Shown piece after piece: positions 29,294 through 42,191 of a DNA stretch of 64,000 nucleotides (positions are counted from its first letter, which is position 1; each line of letters begins with the position of its first letter). Below the pieces are notes generated by a model that did no database searches, was not told the origin of the DNA, and was given only the letters and a program-made list of their open reading frames with translations. The stretch covers positions 127,355,741 to 127,419,740 of the forward strand of contig CM041465.1 of the NCBI GenBank assembly GCA_023213395.1. The letters are read 5' to 3'. Source of the DNA: Cycas panzhihuaensis (Eukaryota; Plantae; Cycadophyta). The position numbers were made by a program, and so were the translations under genes.

Positions 29294-29368
<75 letters not shown>
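29294..29368. repeat. (TA)n microsatellite, ~37 units
   Basis: Uninterrupted TA run. Confidence 0.98.
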
Positions 29369-29372
<4 letters not shown>

Positions 29373-30956
29373 TTTATAAATCGTCACAACTGAAAAAGAC
29401 AACGGTTAAACATTCAAATATTTGATCTGATCTGCATGCGATAGATTCATCGATGAAATCATATTTCGATTGATATATATATCAAATGTTATTAACATAA
29501 AAGTTAATCATGTGTTTGATCTTAAAACAATGACTATTATATTATCGTTTGACCATTTATTTCTAAATTGGTGGTTGTATAGTATCTATATGCATGATGG
29601 ATCTACACTTGTAATTTTTTGATCTACCTATTGATTTATATTCATTTCTACGTACAAACAACAATGATGCAATGCAAAGTAAAATGACGTCTTTTGTAGC
29701 TTATTTCATATGATGCTTGTTTCTTATTCTCAATTTTCTTCATAATTTATAGCAGCCAATAAATAGATATTAATCTTTGATGTTAGAGCAACTTTAATAA
29801 TTCATTTTACTAGTTGAACAATGTTTGAAGGAATCACGACTTCTATGTTAAGTTAGAGGGCTACACTGACCTTCAATAGGTGATTTTATATTGTCAAACG
29901 GCTTTTGATACTAATACAATTAGATTTGATCATTCACATGTTAATCATAAGCCTTTTTTTTTTTTTTTTATCACTTCAAAATGAAGTCAGATGAGTCAAA
30001 TTTCTCTCAAACTCGGCTAAGACTGCTTTTATGATCCCAATACAAGCCCAACGTCGTTGTATGGCGTTTGTTGATGCCCAACTTCAGTGTTTAGCTTTCA
30101 GTGTTGGTGCCACAAGCATATGAAGTGCACAATGTATTTTGCAACTTTAGATGGCCACTTTTCTTAATGTTAACTCGATCTATAATCTTCAATCTCTGAA
30201 TTTGATCGATTAGTGACAAATTTTCTTGTTTCTAATCTCAGATCTAAGTTCTAACATCGTTCCTTGCTTTCTCATGCTTTAATACCATGTGAGAGTATGT
30301 GTATATGTAGGTTATAGGTTGGGTGTTAAGCCAACCAGAGACAGAGACTGTTACATACCAAGATCATGCACAAGGGGACTCGAACACCAAATATATCGTG
30401 GGAAACTCCCGAGAAAAAAAGCCCACCAATACAATATTTGATATATTAAATATAAACCAATACATAGTATTTCAGAGGTGAGATGGAGCAAGAGAAGATG
30501 ATGAGATCACATTGATCTTAAGTTGATGATTTGGAATATCAAGGACATATGAATAAATATACCTTGAAATGGTACCATATATGGTCATGCCTCTTCATCA
30601 TGTCTTTTCACAAAATGGACACATCATTCTGTCACACCTGCACACACTAATTAACCCTAATGAAGCATTAAGTTATTGTTAATCTAAGTTAACTACCGCT
30701 AATACTCAAGTTTATGCTACAAATATTTGTGGTGATTGCTTCACTTGGGGATTTACATACTTCAATACTCATTTTATTTTATGTTTGTAACACTTGATCC
30801 TACTCACAATGGCATTTACGAGTTGACTCAACGTCTACAATCTTTTAACGGTGTCTAGGGGTTTATACGTTTTTCCTAACATCTCTACTTAATCACAGTG
30901 AAATATGCTCCAAATGGGTAAAACTCAACAAGTATATTTATCCAACAAATTTCTAG

Positions 30957-33900
30957 CATAACATAATAAAATCATCCATAGAATAATATCTTGAAGTGCA
31001 ACATTAACATGAAATAATAATAGTATAATAACTTGATAAATATCCAATAGTAGTAATGTCCACTACAAGACAAGGGGTGTCCTCCAATTTTGTATAACGT
31101 GCCCTAATGGCATAAAGCCATTAGTTCAATATTGAATTCTCCAAGATGATTTACAAATTAATAAGGCTCCTCTATTTATAACATTTTTCTCTCTCTAAAA
31201 CTATCTACTAATTATCTCTCCTAAAAATATCAACTTCATAATAACTATATATTAGATAATTTTCCTTAATCTTCCTAAAAACTGACTTCATCAATTTTTC
31301 CAACTTTTAAAATGTAATAACTCTCCCCTCCTTGAAATACTTTACCCTGAAAATATAGATAGTTACGAGTTGACTTTATTTGGTCCAACTTTAACCAGTG
31401 GTTCTAACTATCACCTACTAAATCATGTATGTCATAAAAATTGGGTCTCATCTTGTGACTTCTATTAGAAATTGTTGACAAAAGACTTGAATTTACAAAT
31501 GCTCGATCCTATGACTAAGTATGTAATGTATCTTATCCTATATTAAAGTGATCTTGGGACCTGTGTGGTGTTTCTGATGCTTAATCTTGATCTTGTCTTG
31601 TGTTTGTACATTTTGTTCTCAAATGGCATGGCTCATGGAATGAGAAGTGATGAGAATATTGAGAAATTTTGTGAAAAAAGTTATGTAGTTTTATGAGTCT
31701 GGAGAAAATTTGATCATAAGGATCATGAATCAATAATTTCTTAGGGCAAGAGAGAGTGGGAGAAGTACAGTTCTAATCAGTTGTAAATTTGAAGGCGTAG
31801 AAAATAAAGATAAAAAAAGATATGTTGTAAGAAGAATATGAGACTTGAAAATTTAATCAAATGGAGGTAGGGATTAGAAAGGTGTTACTTAAACCATTAG
31901 AATTTTCTATGGAAAAAGACAGATGTGGAATTAATGGTAGATGCTCTTTATACAATAAAGATTTTAATGGATGTTCAAAATTTGTGGTAGTATTATATGA
32001 AGGATTTAATGAGAAAAAATAATGTTCACTGTATAGAATTATAGGAGGTCAGGATAGACAAAGAATTTTCGTAAAAAATAATCGTTATAGTAGGAGATAA
32101 AACCTAATAAAATGAGGGTAGAAGGTTTAGAATATCCTATTGAAGAATGTCTTTAGGGGATGATGGAATACATTAGTAGGAAATTGAACTAAGGTTGTAA
32201 AGGGGAATTAGGATTTGTCTTACAAAGAAATTAGAGTTAAGGGGATTAGGGGTTTGGCTAGTTATGGTAAAAGAAAGAGGATTTTTTTATCACTTCTGAG
32301 CATGGAAAAGAGAAAGGACAATTGAAACTACCAAATGAAATGTATATATACACAATAGGGTTAAGAACCATGTTAACTACCTTGTGGGGTTTACTTGGTT
32401 ATCTTGCTCCTTTTACATCCTATGTAGGTTCTCCCTCAATCTCTTTCTTGATCTCAACTAGCATCTTGTTAGATTATTTTAACAAATGATCAGTCATCAT
32501 TTGCACCTACTTTGTGTCTTTAGTGTTATCATGTTGTTCCCTCTAAATTGGATCCTCTTCAAGTTCTTGGATCTCTTTATTAATAGTTTGTTTTTCTTCT
32601 TCCTTTGTATGTTTCTCTTCTTCAACTTTTTTATGTGCTTGCTTCCATCGCTCAACAGCTAGTTTGAAACAAACTTAAAACTACATATAATTGAAGGGAT
32701 CTATTGTTTTACGATAGTTAGACGAATCAATAAACCAATCAAGAGCTTCTCCTATTAAGAATCATTATATATGAGGTTCATAAATATCAACTTTTGTATC
32801 TAATAAAAAATTATAATACGATTTGACATGTTGAAGCCATTGTAGGGTCGTCATGCTTTCTCGAGAAAAGAAAAGAACGTTTTTCTATTAAGCGGACCCC
32901 TTATAGTAATCTTGCAAGATTCCCTATTTTTCAAGGATTAAAAACTACACCATGCATTGGTCAAAACTGTATCATGTGACCACTCGAATCAATTGTCTCT
33001 AAACTAGGATTCCAACAATTTAAACAAAATTGAAATCTGATACCTATAACATGAGTTATGGATGAAAATGCCTAGTACCCCTTTTTGTAAATAGAATTTT
33101 AAAAAAATAAATTAATTGTTAAGTCTATTTTGGACTTAACCCTAAGTTGTATTGGGATGACTATGCGACCTTGAGAGACACAAACTCCAACCATATATTA
33201 AATTTAATTAAATTACATCAAAATTTTAGGAAAAAATAAATATACATCATTAAAATTGCCCCTATACTCACGTTCCTGTGTTCCTCCATGTGATGGCAAA
33301 TCAGGTATTGTTTTCTAATGCCCACATTGTGAATATATCACTAGCTCGTCGTCACAATCCTTTGCAAACATTTGCTATTACAGTGTAGATTTTCAAAATT
33401 TACAAAGGGTGGGGTCAACTTCTTCTCCACAGACAGGTGGCAAAAATGAGCAAGATACAACATAGATTGCATAAAGCATGGATATAAGCTTGATCTCAAT
33501 GGTCACATAGATACATCGCCCTCCTTATCATACTATTGCCAAAAAGATGTTCCGGTTTGATTCATCCACTTTTTCTTTTTGTCTTCTCTCAAACTAATCC
33601 ACCTCACTTTCTTCTCGAGTTGACTCTTTCGCGAGTGTGCAACTTCAATAGGCTTGTGTAGCTTGTTTCCTGCCTCCCTTTTCTTCCCTAATAGCAATTG
33701 TCCAAGGCTCAGAAGGGTGCTCTTGCAATTCCACATACCTACATGCCTCATCAAAAACCCTTGCCATGGTAATCTCCTCACAATAACTTCAAAGATAGCA
33801 TGGTAGATGATGACGGAGTAATATGTGGTGGTCTATGATAAACCCCAAAAAACATAAATATCTATCTCCTTTGCACTCATTCAAAACTTTCTCAGAGGTG

Positions 33901-34602
33901 CATTCAAATGCCTTTCATTTGCATGCTAAGACTTTGACTACATAGCAATCAAGTTTGAATCCAAATAACTGAAGCGAAGAACTCCTTCTCGTCAGATGGA
34001 TAACTGATAATACTCATAAAGAACTTTGAAAAAATATGGTAAAAGTCCCTTATAGAATATTCATATTTGCCCACTCTAATTATTTGCTCTTCGATGTTAA
34101 AACCCTCAATCATTTTCACCTTGCTATGATACAAGTTGTAGTAGCGCCCATTTACATAAAGTAGAAATGATAATAATCACAGTAGAATATCCTTCGAATG
34201 GGTAATAATTCAACAAATATATATCATATTCATCCAGTAGATCTCCAATGTAACATAATAAAATCATCCACATAATAATATCCTAAAACGCAGCAATAAC
34301 ATGAAATAATAATAACATAATAACCTAATAAATATCTAACAACAGTAATACCCTCTTTGAGGCAAGTATTGTCCTCAAATTTAACACAACATGCCCTAAT
34401 AGCACAAGGCCATCAGTTCAAAAATATTGAATTCTCAAAATTACAAATGAATGAGGCTTCTCTATTTATAGTGTTCTTTTATCTCTCTAAAACCATCTAC
34501 TAATTCTCTCCTAAAAATACCAACTTCATAATAAATATATATTAGATAATTCTTCATTGATCTTCTTAAAAACCAACTTCTTCCAACTTTTAGAATATAA
34601 CA
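30957..34602 (-). mobile_element. Deleted gypsy-like LTR element (LTRs ~30957-31319 and 34249-34602)
   Basis: Diverged direct repeats of ~360 bp; PPT complement CTCTCCCCTCCTTG at ~31321; gag-like remnant (FLIGEALDWF) at ~32730-32765. No clear PBS or TSD. Confidence 0.7.
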
Positions 34603-35188
34603 CTTGTTCTACCATAATATCAATTGACATTTTCCACACACTTGGGATTGATATGCCCTACCCTATGATCGTGTGATATCTCTGCCTTTCCAACTAGTGG
34701 CTTTTCATACCTTGATCGTTGTGGCTTCTCAATGGCATTTGAGTCATCTCCTCTTCATAGTCCCTAGCATTAAATGCCCTAAATTCAAGCTAAATTCACC
34801 TACAAATTCTTCACAAACAAATATTCCCTAACTTGGCACCTTCACAAGCAAATCGTTATAGACAAAAAACTAGCCCATACAATGATTTTCCTTGGCATCA
34901 CAACTCATAGAGAAAATTACAATCCACAGAGATTATATATGTATATATATAATAAAAAATGAACATAGTTCATAGAAGACAACATTGTGAGGTGAGAAAA
35001 TTCCATTGTAAATGATCCCCAACACTCTTATTTTCTCCATAAATAATTCTTTTTCTTTTTTTCTAGTTTACAATAACATACCTAACTTTTAAAAAGCCAC
35101 TTGAATTTAAGTTAAAACTCGAACTCTTTAACTTGCGCCTTGTAACACTTCGAAATTGGCTCCTTGTAAACCTTGTTGTGATATCAAA

Positions 35189-35419
35189 TGTGAGTAACTC
35201 AAACCTAGATCAAAATGCAAACACAAGAAATTCAAGTAGAATTAGTCTACCTTCCAAATATTTTTCATTCGTTAAGAATGATGTGATCAATGTACAAGGC
35301 ACTATGCTCTTATATACAAAATGGGATCGATAACAATCTAGAATTGACCTATAACTCCCCTAACACTTGTCATCATATTTGATGATAACTTTATGAGTTA
35401 CCAAATATTAATTCTAACA
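35189..35419 (-). mobile_element. Copia LTR related to 9689-9964, with degenerate PBS
   Basis: Shared TGAGTAACTYAAACCTARATCAAAAT...GAAATTCAAGTAGAATTAG...ATATTAATTCTAAYA; GTGATATCA PBS-like complement just left. Confidence 0.7.
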
Positions 35420-36299
35420 ATGCTGCTACAATTCTTGTTACTATTCATATAGGATATTTCAAGATATTTCAACCATGAACTCATTACATGATTTTAATTA
35501 ATAAAATTAAATGCAAGGTCTAAATTGTAACACTTAAGCAGCTACTGTAAATACAATTGAATTTGATTTCTAATATAACATTTCACCACATATAAAATGT
35601 GTTATCTAGATGAGCATTTATCTATTAAAACCAATATTTTGACAATTCCAAATAAAAATATGCCTTAAAATTTTTTAAAATGAACTCATAAAAAAGAGTT
35701 TTTCCACTTATCTTGGATTTCAACCTTAACATTACTAACAAAACAAAATAAAACAGATTCATGTAACCAATCATTTTGAAGCCATTGAAACAAGCTTTCC
35801 AACCATTGACATATTTGAAATCTGTTATTATACGAGAAAGTTACAATGGAAATAGAGAGCATAGGTACTAAAACTCTGGTGTTGGTTTGAAAAATTAACC
35901 CTTTTCATTTGAGCATCAGGTTGTCTGAAATTTTGCATGTGACCATTTGCTAACAAGTTGGAGACGAATTTCAAATTGCATTCCAATCAGGTTTAATTTA
36001 CAATAACTTTAAGAAATTTTAAAATGAGGTAAAAAAAACAAAAACGTTTGCATTCTAATTTTTCATCAACCTGTGTGTTTTCAATGTCACTTTTTTTCTA
36101 AATTCTGTCCACAATATTGCCCTCTACTAAAAAATTTGCATGTCCATGCCATCTCCTCAATCTTCATCTCATTTCTTCCAAAGCAAGCTCTTATATTTAC
36201 CAGATTTTACTTTGAAATCAAACAAAGCAATTGTAGCATCAAAAATCAAGCGACAAGTCAACTAGTTAAGGTTGTGGCCTTCCAACCCATTTGCTTTTG

Positions 36300-37957
36300 C
36301 ATATGCTTCATGGGATGACCCAATGTCTCTATTATGTACTTATGTTGCCCACAACATTTAAATGACGTTTGATCTTCACAAGACCCTCAATCTTTGCTTC
36401 TCTATTCGGCATCTATGCATTCAACAACCGACAACTCTAGCTTCTTTCCTTTGCATCTATATTTTATAGTATTCATCTCATGCTTCAACATTTTGATAGA
36501 ATACAATCTCCTCATGATCTTGTCACATAAACTATGGATGGCTCTTCAAATTTTGATAGCTCCTCACAACATCCATGACTTCTTGCTTCAGTGTTAAGTA
36601 GTTCCTTTGGGTGCTTTCACATTCACAGTTGCATTCAAATTTTATTTGCGCCCACAAATCTTTTCATGCCTTTATCTTTTCTTTATTTCTAAGCATTTAA
36701 CTCCACACTTGTTCTGCAACACTCTACAACTACAACTATTAAGCATGGATATTCTAAGGTTTCATGGACTTACCAACATTCATCCACAAGCTACTTTGCT
36801 TCAGCCATCTTAATTCTCCACCAGCATTCATATTTCTTGAAATGGCAACTCAAATCAACAGTTTCTTTTTCATGGGCATCTTTGAGTCTATTGTGTGGGC
36901 TTCATACAATCGGTATTTGCTCACATTCGATTGCCATAACAAGGTGATTAGACTTGCATCTGTGATTTTCATGTACAAACTACTAGCATTCACTTCCCAA
37001 CTAGCGTGGAGTATTCCTCTTTAACAATAGATCATCATGACCTCATTCATGCCAACATCAATTGTCTCTATAGCATGTGAGACTCTTTCCAATTATTTGT
37101 CTTATATCCACCTAGCAAAAAAATATTAAATATAATTAACATTGTGGACTCCCCATTAAAATCCTTGCATGCTAATTATTTTGGCTAGCCACGTGCATAA
37201 ACATAGCCCACTAAATCAATTTCAAGAGCACCTTATGTGTAGATTTGAGATCCCGACATAAAGGCTCATCCAATCCATATTTGTTTGTTATATTAGGCAC
37301 AACATATTCACAAATAGGTTCCATCAAAATACATTCAAACAAATACGATTGATGCATCCACAAGATACCTAGCATGTAAGACTTTTCCAACTATTAAATG
37401 ACTCTAGCATAGATACAATGCTCGAGATCTTCACACCAATAAATCCCTACTTACTTCTATTTGTTGTTTCAAAGAAATCCAAGGTGCTCAACAATCAAAC
37501 CATAGCCACCAAACACCATTCCATCAACTTTGATACCAAATGCTGGAAATAAAATTGGGCTCTAATACTATGATAGAAAATTACACAAGTGCTCAAATAT
37601 CATGTTAAAAATGTTATATGAAAAACTATGAAATCATGATAATGAAAGATGAAATATACACCAATGTAAAATATAGCAAAAATAGTGGGAAAATGATCAA
37701 TTTTCGATTATTGCATTAAACGAGATACATATTTATACATAGAGTCCATCTCATAAAAATCCAATGATATTGAAGAACCTCTAAAATAACGTATGAGAAT
37801 ACATAAAACGTGAGCTCTAAATACACATTTTAATAATACTCATAGTTTAAAAATTTACATAAGTGTGCACCTCTTCAAGATAGCTATGCATAACATTTGA
37901 GGGATAACTATTACAATAATCATAGATCGACTATAGATTAAAAATTACTCTCCAACA
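36300..37957 (-). mobile_element. Third copy of the PBS-ladder non-autonomous family (5' LTR ending 37957 plus internal region; left edge uncertain)
   Basis: LTR colinear with 9057-9411; 37060-37180 is the reverse complement homologue of ~6165-6280. Confidence 0.75.
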
Positions 37958-39316
37958 ACTTAATCAAATTAAGGTGCATCGTCAAATGGACTAGACAGAT
38001 TAGTTAGAAGGCAGTTATTACTTTCTACAAATGTAACCAAGAATAACTTACTAAGGGTGCCAAACCACACATCAAGATCATTGCTATTTTGAAGATTATT
38101 TTTCACAGCTTCTAATCTATATGATGCTTTATTACTCCATCATGTGTGCATGTGTGTATTCACATTGGCAGCAATATAGTGATGGTTCTTATGCTAAAAC
38201 CAGCTGTTATGAGCACTATGAATAGATTGCTCTTGTGTTATGTCCTTATTAAGAAACACACGAACAAATGCTGTATTTGTAGTATTTGTATTCCTTATGA
38301 GTTAAAACATATAGATTGCAACATGTATGGTAGTGCATAAGGAGAGAGTTAAGAACCATGGACCATAGCCCGCATTGACTTGGCCTTGGGCTGACCTGTT
38401 CTAATTACAAATCAATAAATAGAACCAACAGAGTGAAATATTTGTTGAGAAATAGAATTCATTTGAGCATATCTGGATTGAATTAGTTTAGCAAGGCAAG
38501 TTTCATAAACCATGGGATAATTTTGAAGCTTGTTTTTCATATCTAACCAACCTTTCACTGCAATACTTCAGCTATCCACTTTGTTTCATCATTGTTAACT
38601 AATAAAAAGGTCAATCATCCACAAAATGTTTGCATAGGACTGAATAATTCTAATGCATGACCCATAGAAGTCTAGATAGATTGCTTTTCATTGACATGGT
38701 AAAATTAAAGCATAGCTGACACCAAGAGGACAATCAACCAAACACTTTCATGCACAATAGTTCCAAATCACAGTTGCTCAATCCAACACTAGGTATTCCA
38801 TGGAAAAGAAGCACATCCACTTTAAAATTCCATTTCAAACACTTTTAATGCCCGGAACTCAATACAAACAGATGGGTGGTAAGCCCTTACAGTTACCATG
38901 TGCTATTGAACAATGCATAATCTCTTTCTGAATTTGTTTAAAAAGCCCACTGAGATATACATGTTACTGTTCATTGAAGCCTACATAGCAGTTTCTCATT
39001 GCATGCAAACAATATCTGAAACATCAGTTATGAGTTCTTCAAGAATTGAGAACATTGTTGCAGAAACAGAAACTAAAGAATAGTTTTACAATGTGTTTTG
39101 TGACTTCAAGGCCTTACAAAATAAGAACCTTGCAATGGATGAAACCCATACTATACAACATGTAAAGAAGCAAGCTCCTTCTCAATGGTATTGAGATATG
39201 CTTGTACAGATTCTCAAACCAGAGCCCAGTGAATCACAGGACAACATAAATAAAAAGTTTCAATGGATTCCACAAACTCTCTCAATACAGCTATTCATGA
39301 GACACTGTGTTCTCTT

Positions 39317-39493
39317 TTAATGCAAGTCTGCTTGGAAGTTTGGTGCCTCACCTTGGCACAAATACTCATCACAAGCTGAAACAGTTCTCCAATCTCTCCT
39401 CAGTCTAATTATATCATCTGTGAAAGTGGATCCAGATGTCCCAATAAAGACACTTGCTAATGCACATATTGTCTTGTCAAGCATGGCAAACAC
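39317..39493 (-). CDS. O-fucosyltransferase family protein, last exon
   Basis: Hand translation VFAMLDKTICALASVFIGTSGSTFTDDIIRLRRDWRTVSACDEYLCQGEAPNFQADLH* (177 nt), in phase with the previous exon and matching the family C-terminus (AMLDKTICA..VFIG.SGSTFT.DI.RLR.DW....CDEYLC.GE.PNF). Acceptor is ggaag|GTG. Not in the ORF track. Confidence 0.92.
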   Translation of the reverse strand: MFAMLDKTICALASVFIGTSGSTFTDDIIRLRRDWRTVSACDEYLCQGEAPNFQADLH

Positions 39494-39679
39494 CTTCCAG
39501 ATTTCAAAGTATAAACATCAGTTGACAATATGTTCCTTAAAAGCAATGCAATAATTAGATTGACCAAGTGCCAATGAAAACAATTCCAGCATATGAAAGC
39601 AAAGGAAATCCAGGAGCAAGCATATTAACAAGCTTTCATTTTAAACATCACTGTCAAAAAATAGCATGAAATATGCTTC

Positions 39680-39779
39680 CCTTGATTTACTAAACATCTG
39701 AATATGACCATGATGCAAGATAAGAAATCCTTGACTTACTAAACATCTGAATATGACCATCATGCAAGATAAGAAATCC
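39680..39779. repeat. 49-bp tandem duplication in the last intron
   Basis: CCTTGAYTTACTAAACATCTGAATATGACCATSATGCAAGATAAGAAAT x2, two mismatches. Confidence 0.95.
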
Positions 39780-39842
39780 AGGAAATATGCAATCATAAAG
39801 ACACTATGAAAAGTACAAGAACTCTATGAATAAGATACAAAC

Positions 39843-40089
39843 CTGATCATCAAGATGATGATGTCGATAAAGCAATGCATCCCACTTCTCTTTCCCATCA
39901 TGAACTGGTCTTTTAACTAGTGGAACAGTTCTACCATTCAACACAAGAAAAGACTGTAGAAGGTCAGTTTCACTTTCTGCTGCATCAGTTGACAAATAAA
40001 TCACAGGAGCATTTGTCATTTGGACCTTCTGAAGAATGCAATTTGCAGCCTGCGGAATGGGAAAGAAGCAACTCTCTTTTTTTTGGTTA
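39843..40089 (-). CDS. O-fucosyltransferase family protein (OFUT36/At5g50420-like), penultimate exon
   Basis: Translation (C)NQKKESCFFPIPQAANCILQKVQMTNAPVIYLSTDAAESETDLLQSFLVLNGRTVPLVKRPVHDGKEKWDALLYRHHHLDDQ matches the remembered plant O-FucT motifs SCFYPIPQAA, IYLSTDAAESET and EKWDALLYRH. Acceptor ttaatgacag|T at 40090/40089, donor CAG|gtttgt at 39843/39842. No stops. Confidence 0.92.
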
Positions 40090-40101
40090 CTGTCATTAAG
40101 A

Positions 40102-40496
40102 ACAAGCAACAGCAAGAGGGTTAATCACTCCTCAGACATTCCCTCTGCAATCCCCACCCTCAACAGTAAACAAAGACGAGCACAAGGACAAGCACCAAAC
40201 TTAGTGGATGAGGGTTTGATCAAATTGGTAGCAAAGCTCTAACAAAAACAGAAAATGCTAAACCCTTCATTCAAACTTTATATTTTTGGCAAGCATACAA
40301 GCAACAGCAAGAGGGTTAATCACTCCTCAGACATTCCCTCTGCAATCCCCACCCTCAACAGTAAACAAAGACGAGCACAAGGACAAGCACCAAACTTAGT
40401 GGATGAGGGTTTGATCAAATTGGTAGCAAAGCTCTAACAAAAACAGAAAATGCTAAACCCTTCATTCAAACTTTATATTTTTGGCAAAGCATACAA
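40102..40496. repeat. 195-bp near-perfect tandem duplication next to the splice acceptor
   Basis: Copies start at 40102 and 40297; ORFs 40036-40242 and 40255-40437 end in identical peptides; only a 1-nt A indel seen. Confidence 0.97.
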
Positions 40497-40701
40497 CTAA
40501 ACTGAAAAAAAGACTTATCATGGACCAAGTTATGTGGAATCTGGAACAGGAATGCATATGTGGCATAGAAAAAGGAAAGGCAGGGAACAAGGTTCCAGAA
40601 ATAGTAGAGTAGCATCTGTTAAGAATTTTGAATCAACTGCTAATAAAGGATTCTAAATTTTGGACTGTAACTTCCATAATTTGAACTTCAAACACATTAT
40701 A

Positions 40702-41110
40702 TGTTGAAAACTAATGTTTCATTCATGGTCAATCCATGAATATTGTTATTATTCAATTAGTTATCCCTCAAATGTTGTGCATAATTATCTTTCAAAAGGT
40801 GGACACTTTTTTATGGTTCTTAATATGTGCACATTATTAAAATGTGTGTTAAAGCTCCAATCTTCATGTATTTTCATAGGTTATGTTAGAAATTTTTCAA
40901 TCTCATTAGACCTCTATAAAGTGACTAGTATCTATAAATATGTACATTTTCTATGCAATAGATAAAAATTAATCATTCTTCTAATTTCTTTTATATTTTA
41001 CATTAATGCATATTTCCTCTTCCTTAACATGCTATCATAGTATTTATATAATTTTCTAACATGGTATTAGAGTCCATGATATGATCTTTGAAGCCTATGG
41101 TTTGATCTTC
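40702..41110 (+). mobile_element. Fourth copy of the PBS-ladder family (LTR 40702-41061, PBS, start of leader)
   Basis: Homologous to 5469-5945, including the GATCYTT...GAAGSCTATG leader start; PBS-like motifs at 41030 and 41062. Confidence 0.75.
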
Positions 41111-42191
41111 AGCACGAATGGTTTGACCTCTATTGGAGTTCTATTTGTAAACATGACAAGCCTCATATCTAAAATACATCCTACAAAGCAGCAAATGCAA
41201 TAACTAATTATTCATATGACTATTGGAATTTATGAGATGCTTAATAACAATGATGAATCAAAGTGTTGAGTGAAAAATTGAAACAATAAGACAGATAAAA
41301 CGCGCACAAAGGTAAACTCAATGTAGGTGGAAGAATGGCCAAACTTTAGATTATGTGAAAGATGATGTACATACTTATAATACAATTCACCAAGTGTGAG
41401 AACTCTCAATGGTCAACTATTGCGTGCTGTCAAACATTTCAATGACACACAATTCAAGATAACCGTAAATATAATAATCACCAAATAGATGAGAGAGTGT
41501 GAATGGGAGGTTGGATGTAATTGGATATTATACCCAACATTCTCCCATGTAATAAATAGTTATATCAAATATAAAATGTCACATCAAATGATAAATGTAA
41601 TGTTCAAATGGCATTGGATCAAACTATTACAATAAACATAAAGAGTTGCTAACGTCTATATGAAGTGAGTTCTATCTACCAAACCACATGGGTAACCAAT
41701 CGTTATGACCACTGGTTAGCTAGAATGCTCCTTTGTGTACATGGCATAGTCATCACTAAGTCAGCTTCACCCTATGAACATGTTGTTCTACATGGCCAAA
41801 TAAGTGAATTGAAGAAATGTGCAAGAGTAACATGAAGAAGGGTCCCACCTCTTGCCACTATGGGACAATAAGCAATTGCCATTAGCTACAATGGCCTAAA
41901 ATTGAATATCAAATGACACTATAGCTTTACAAGGGCACTATGGCCTCACAATTTGCCTCCATGGACTTACAATCTTGCCCCTATGGACTTAAACATGCCC
42001 CAATGAGCTCTCAATTGCCACAATGGGCTACAATATCCAGCAATAATGTTATAAACATGGCTAAAAAATAGATGACTTAAATATAACATAAAATGACACT
42101 CTCCAATGACAAATTTAATGATAAATGCATTCTCAAGAGCCTAAAATAAGCCTCATGATAATTTTTACATTTCACTCCCATATTTAGGGTA

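Larger units (their letters stand above)
21992..30704 (-). mobile_element. Non-autonomous copia-derived LTR element (LTRs 21992-22398, 30288-30704), TSD CTCAA, with nested insertion
   Basis: LTR pair, PBS complement GCTTTAATACCA 30276-30287, PPT complement 22399-22410, CTCAA at 21987-21991 and 30705-30709. Gag N-terminus (MDPKMTLLPQVTFDDTNFEEWK) at ~28690-28835 resumes at 24545. No RT or RNase H seen. Confidence 0.92.

Noticed and set aside
36073-37024. Cluster of plus-strand ORFs as a host gene
   Set aside because: No recognisable motifs; they lie antisense within a TE interior.
39804-40115. Track ORF as a standalone 103-aa gene
   Set aside because: Both ends are intronic read-through; homology and splice sites limit the exon to 39843-40089.
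40036-40437. Two plus-strand ORFs with identical C-termini as duplicated genes
   Set aside because: By-products of the 195-bp tandem duplication, antisense to the real gene.
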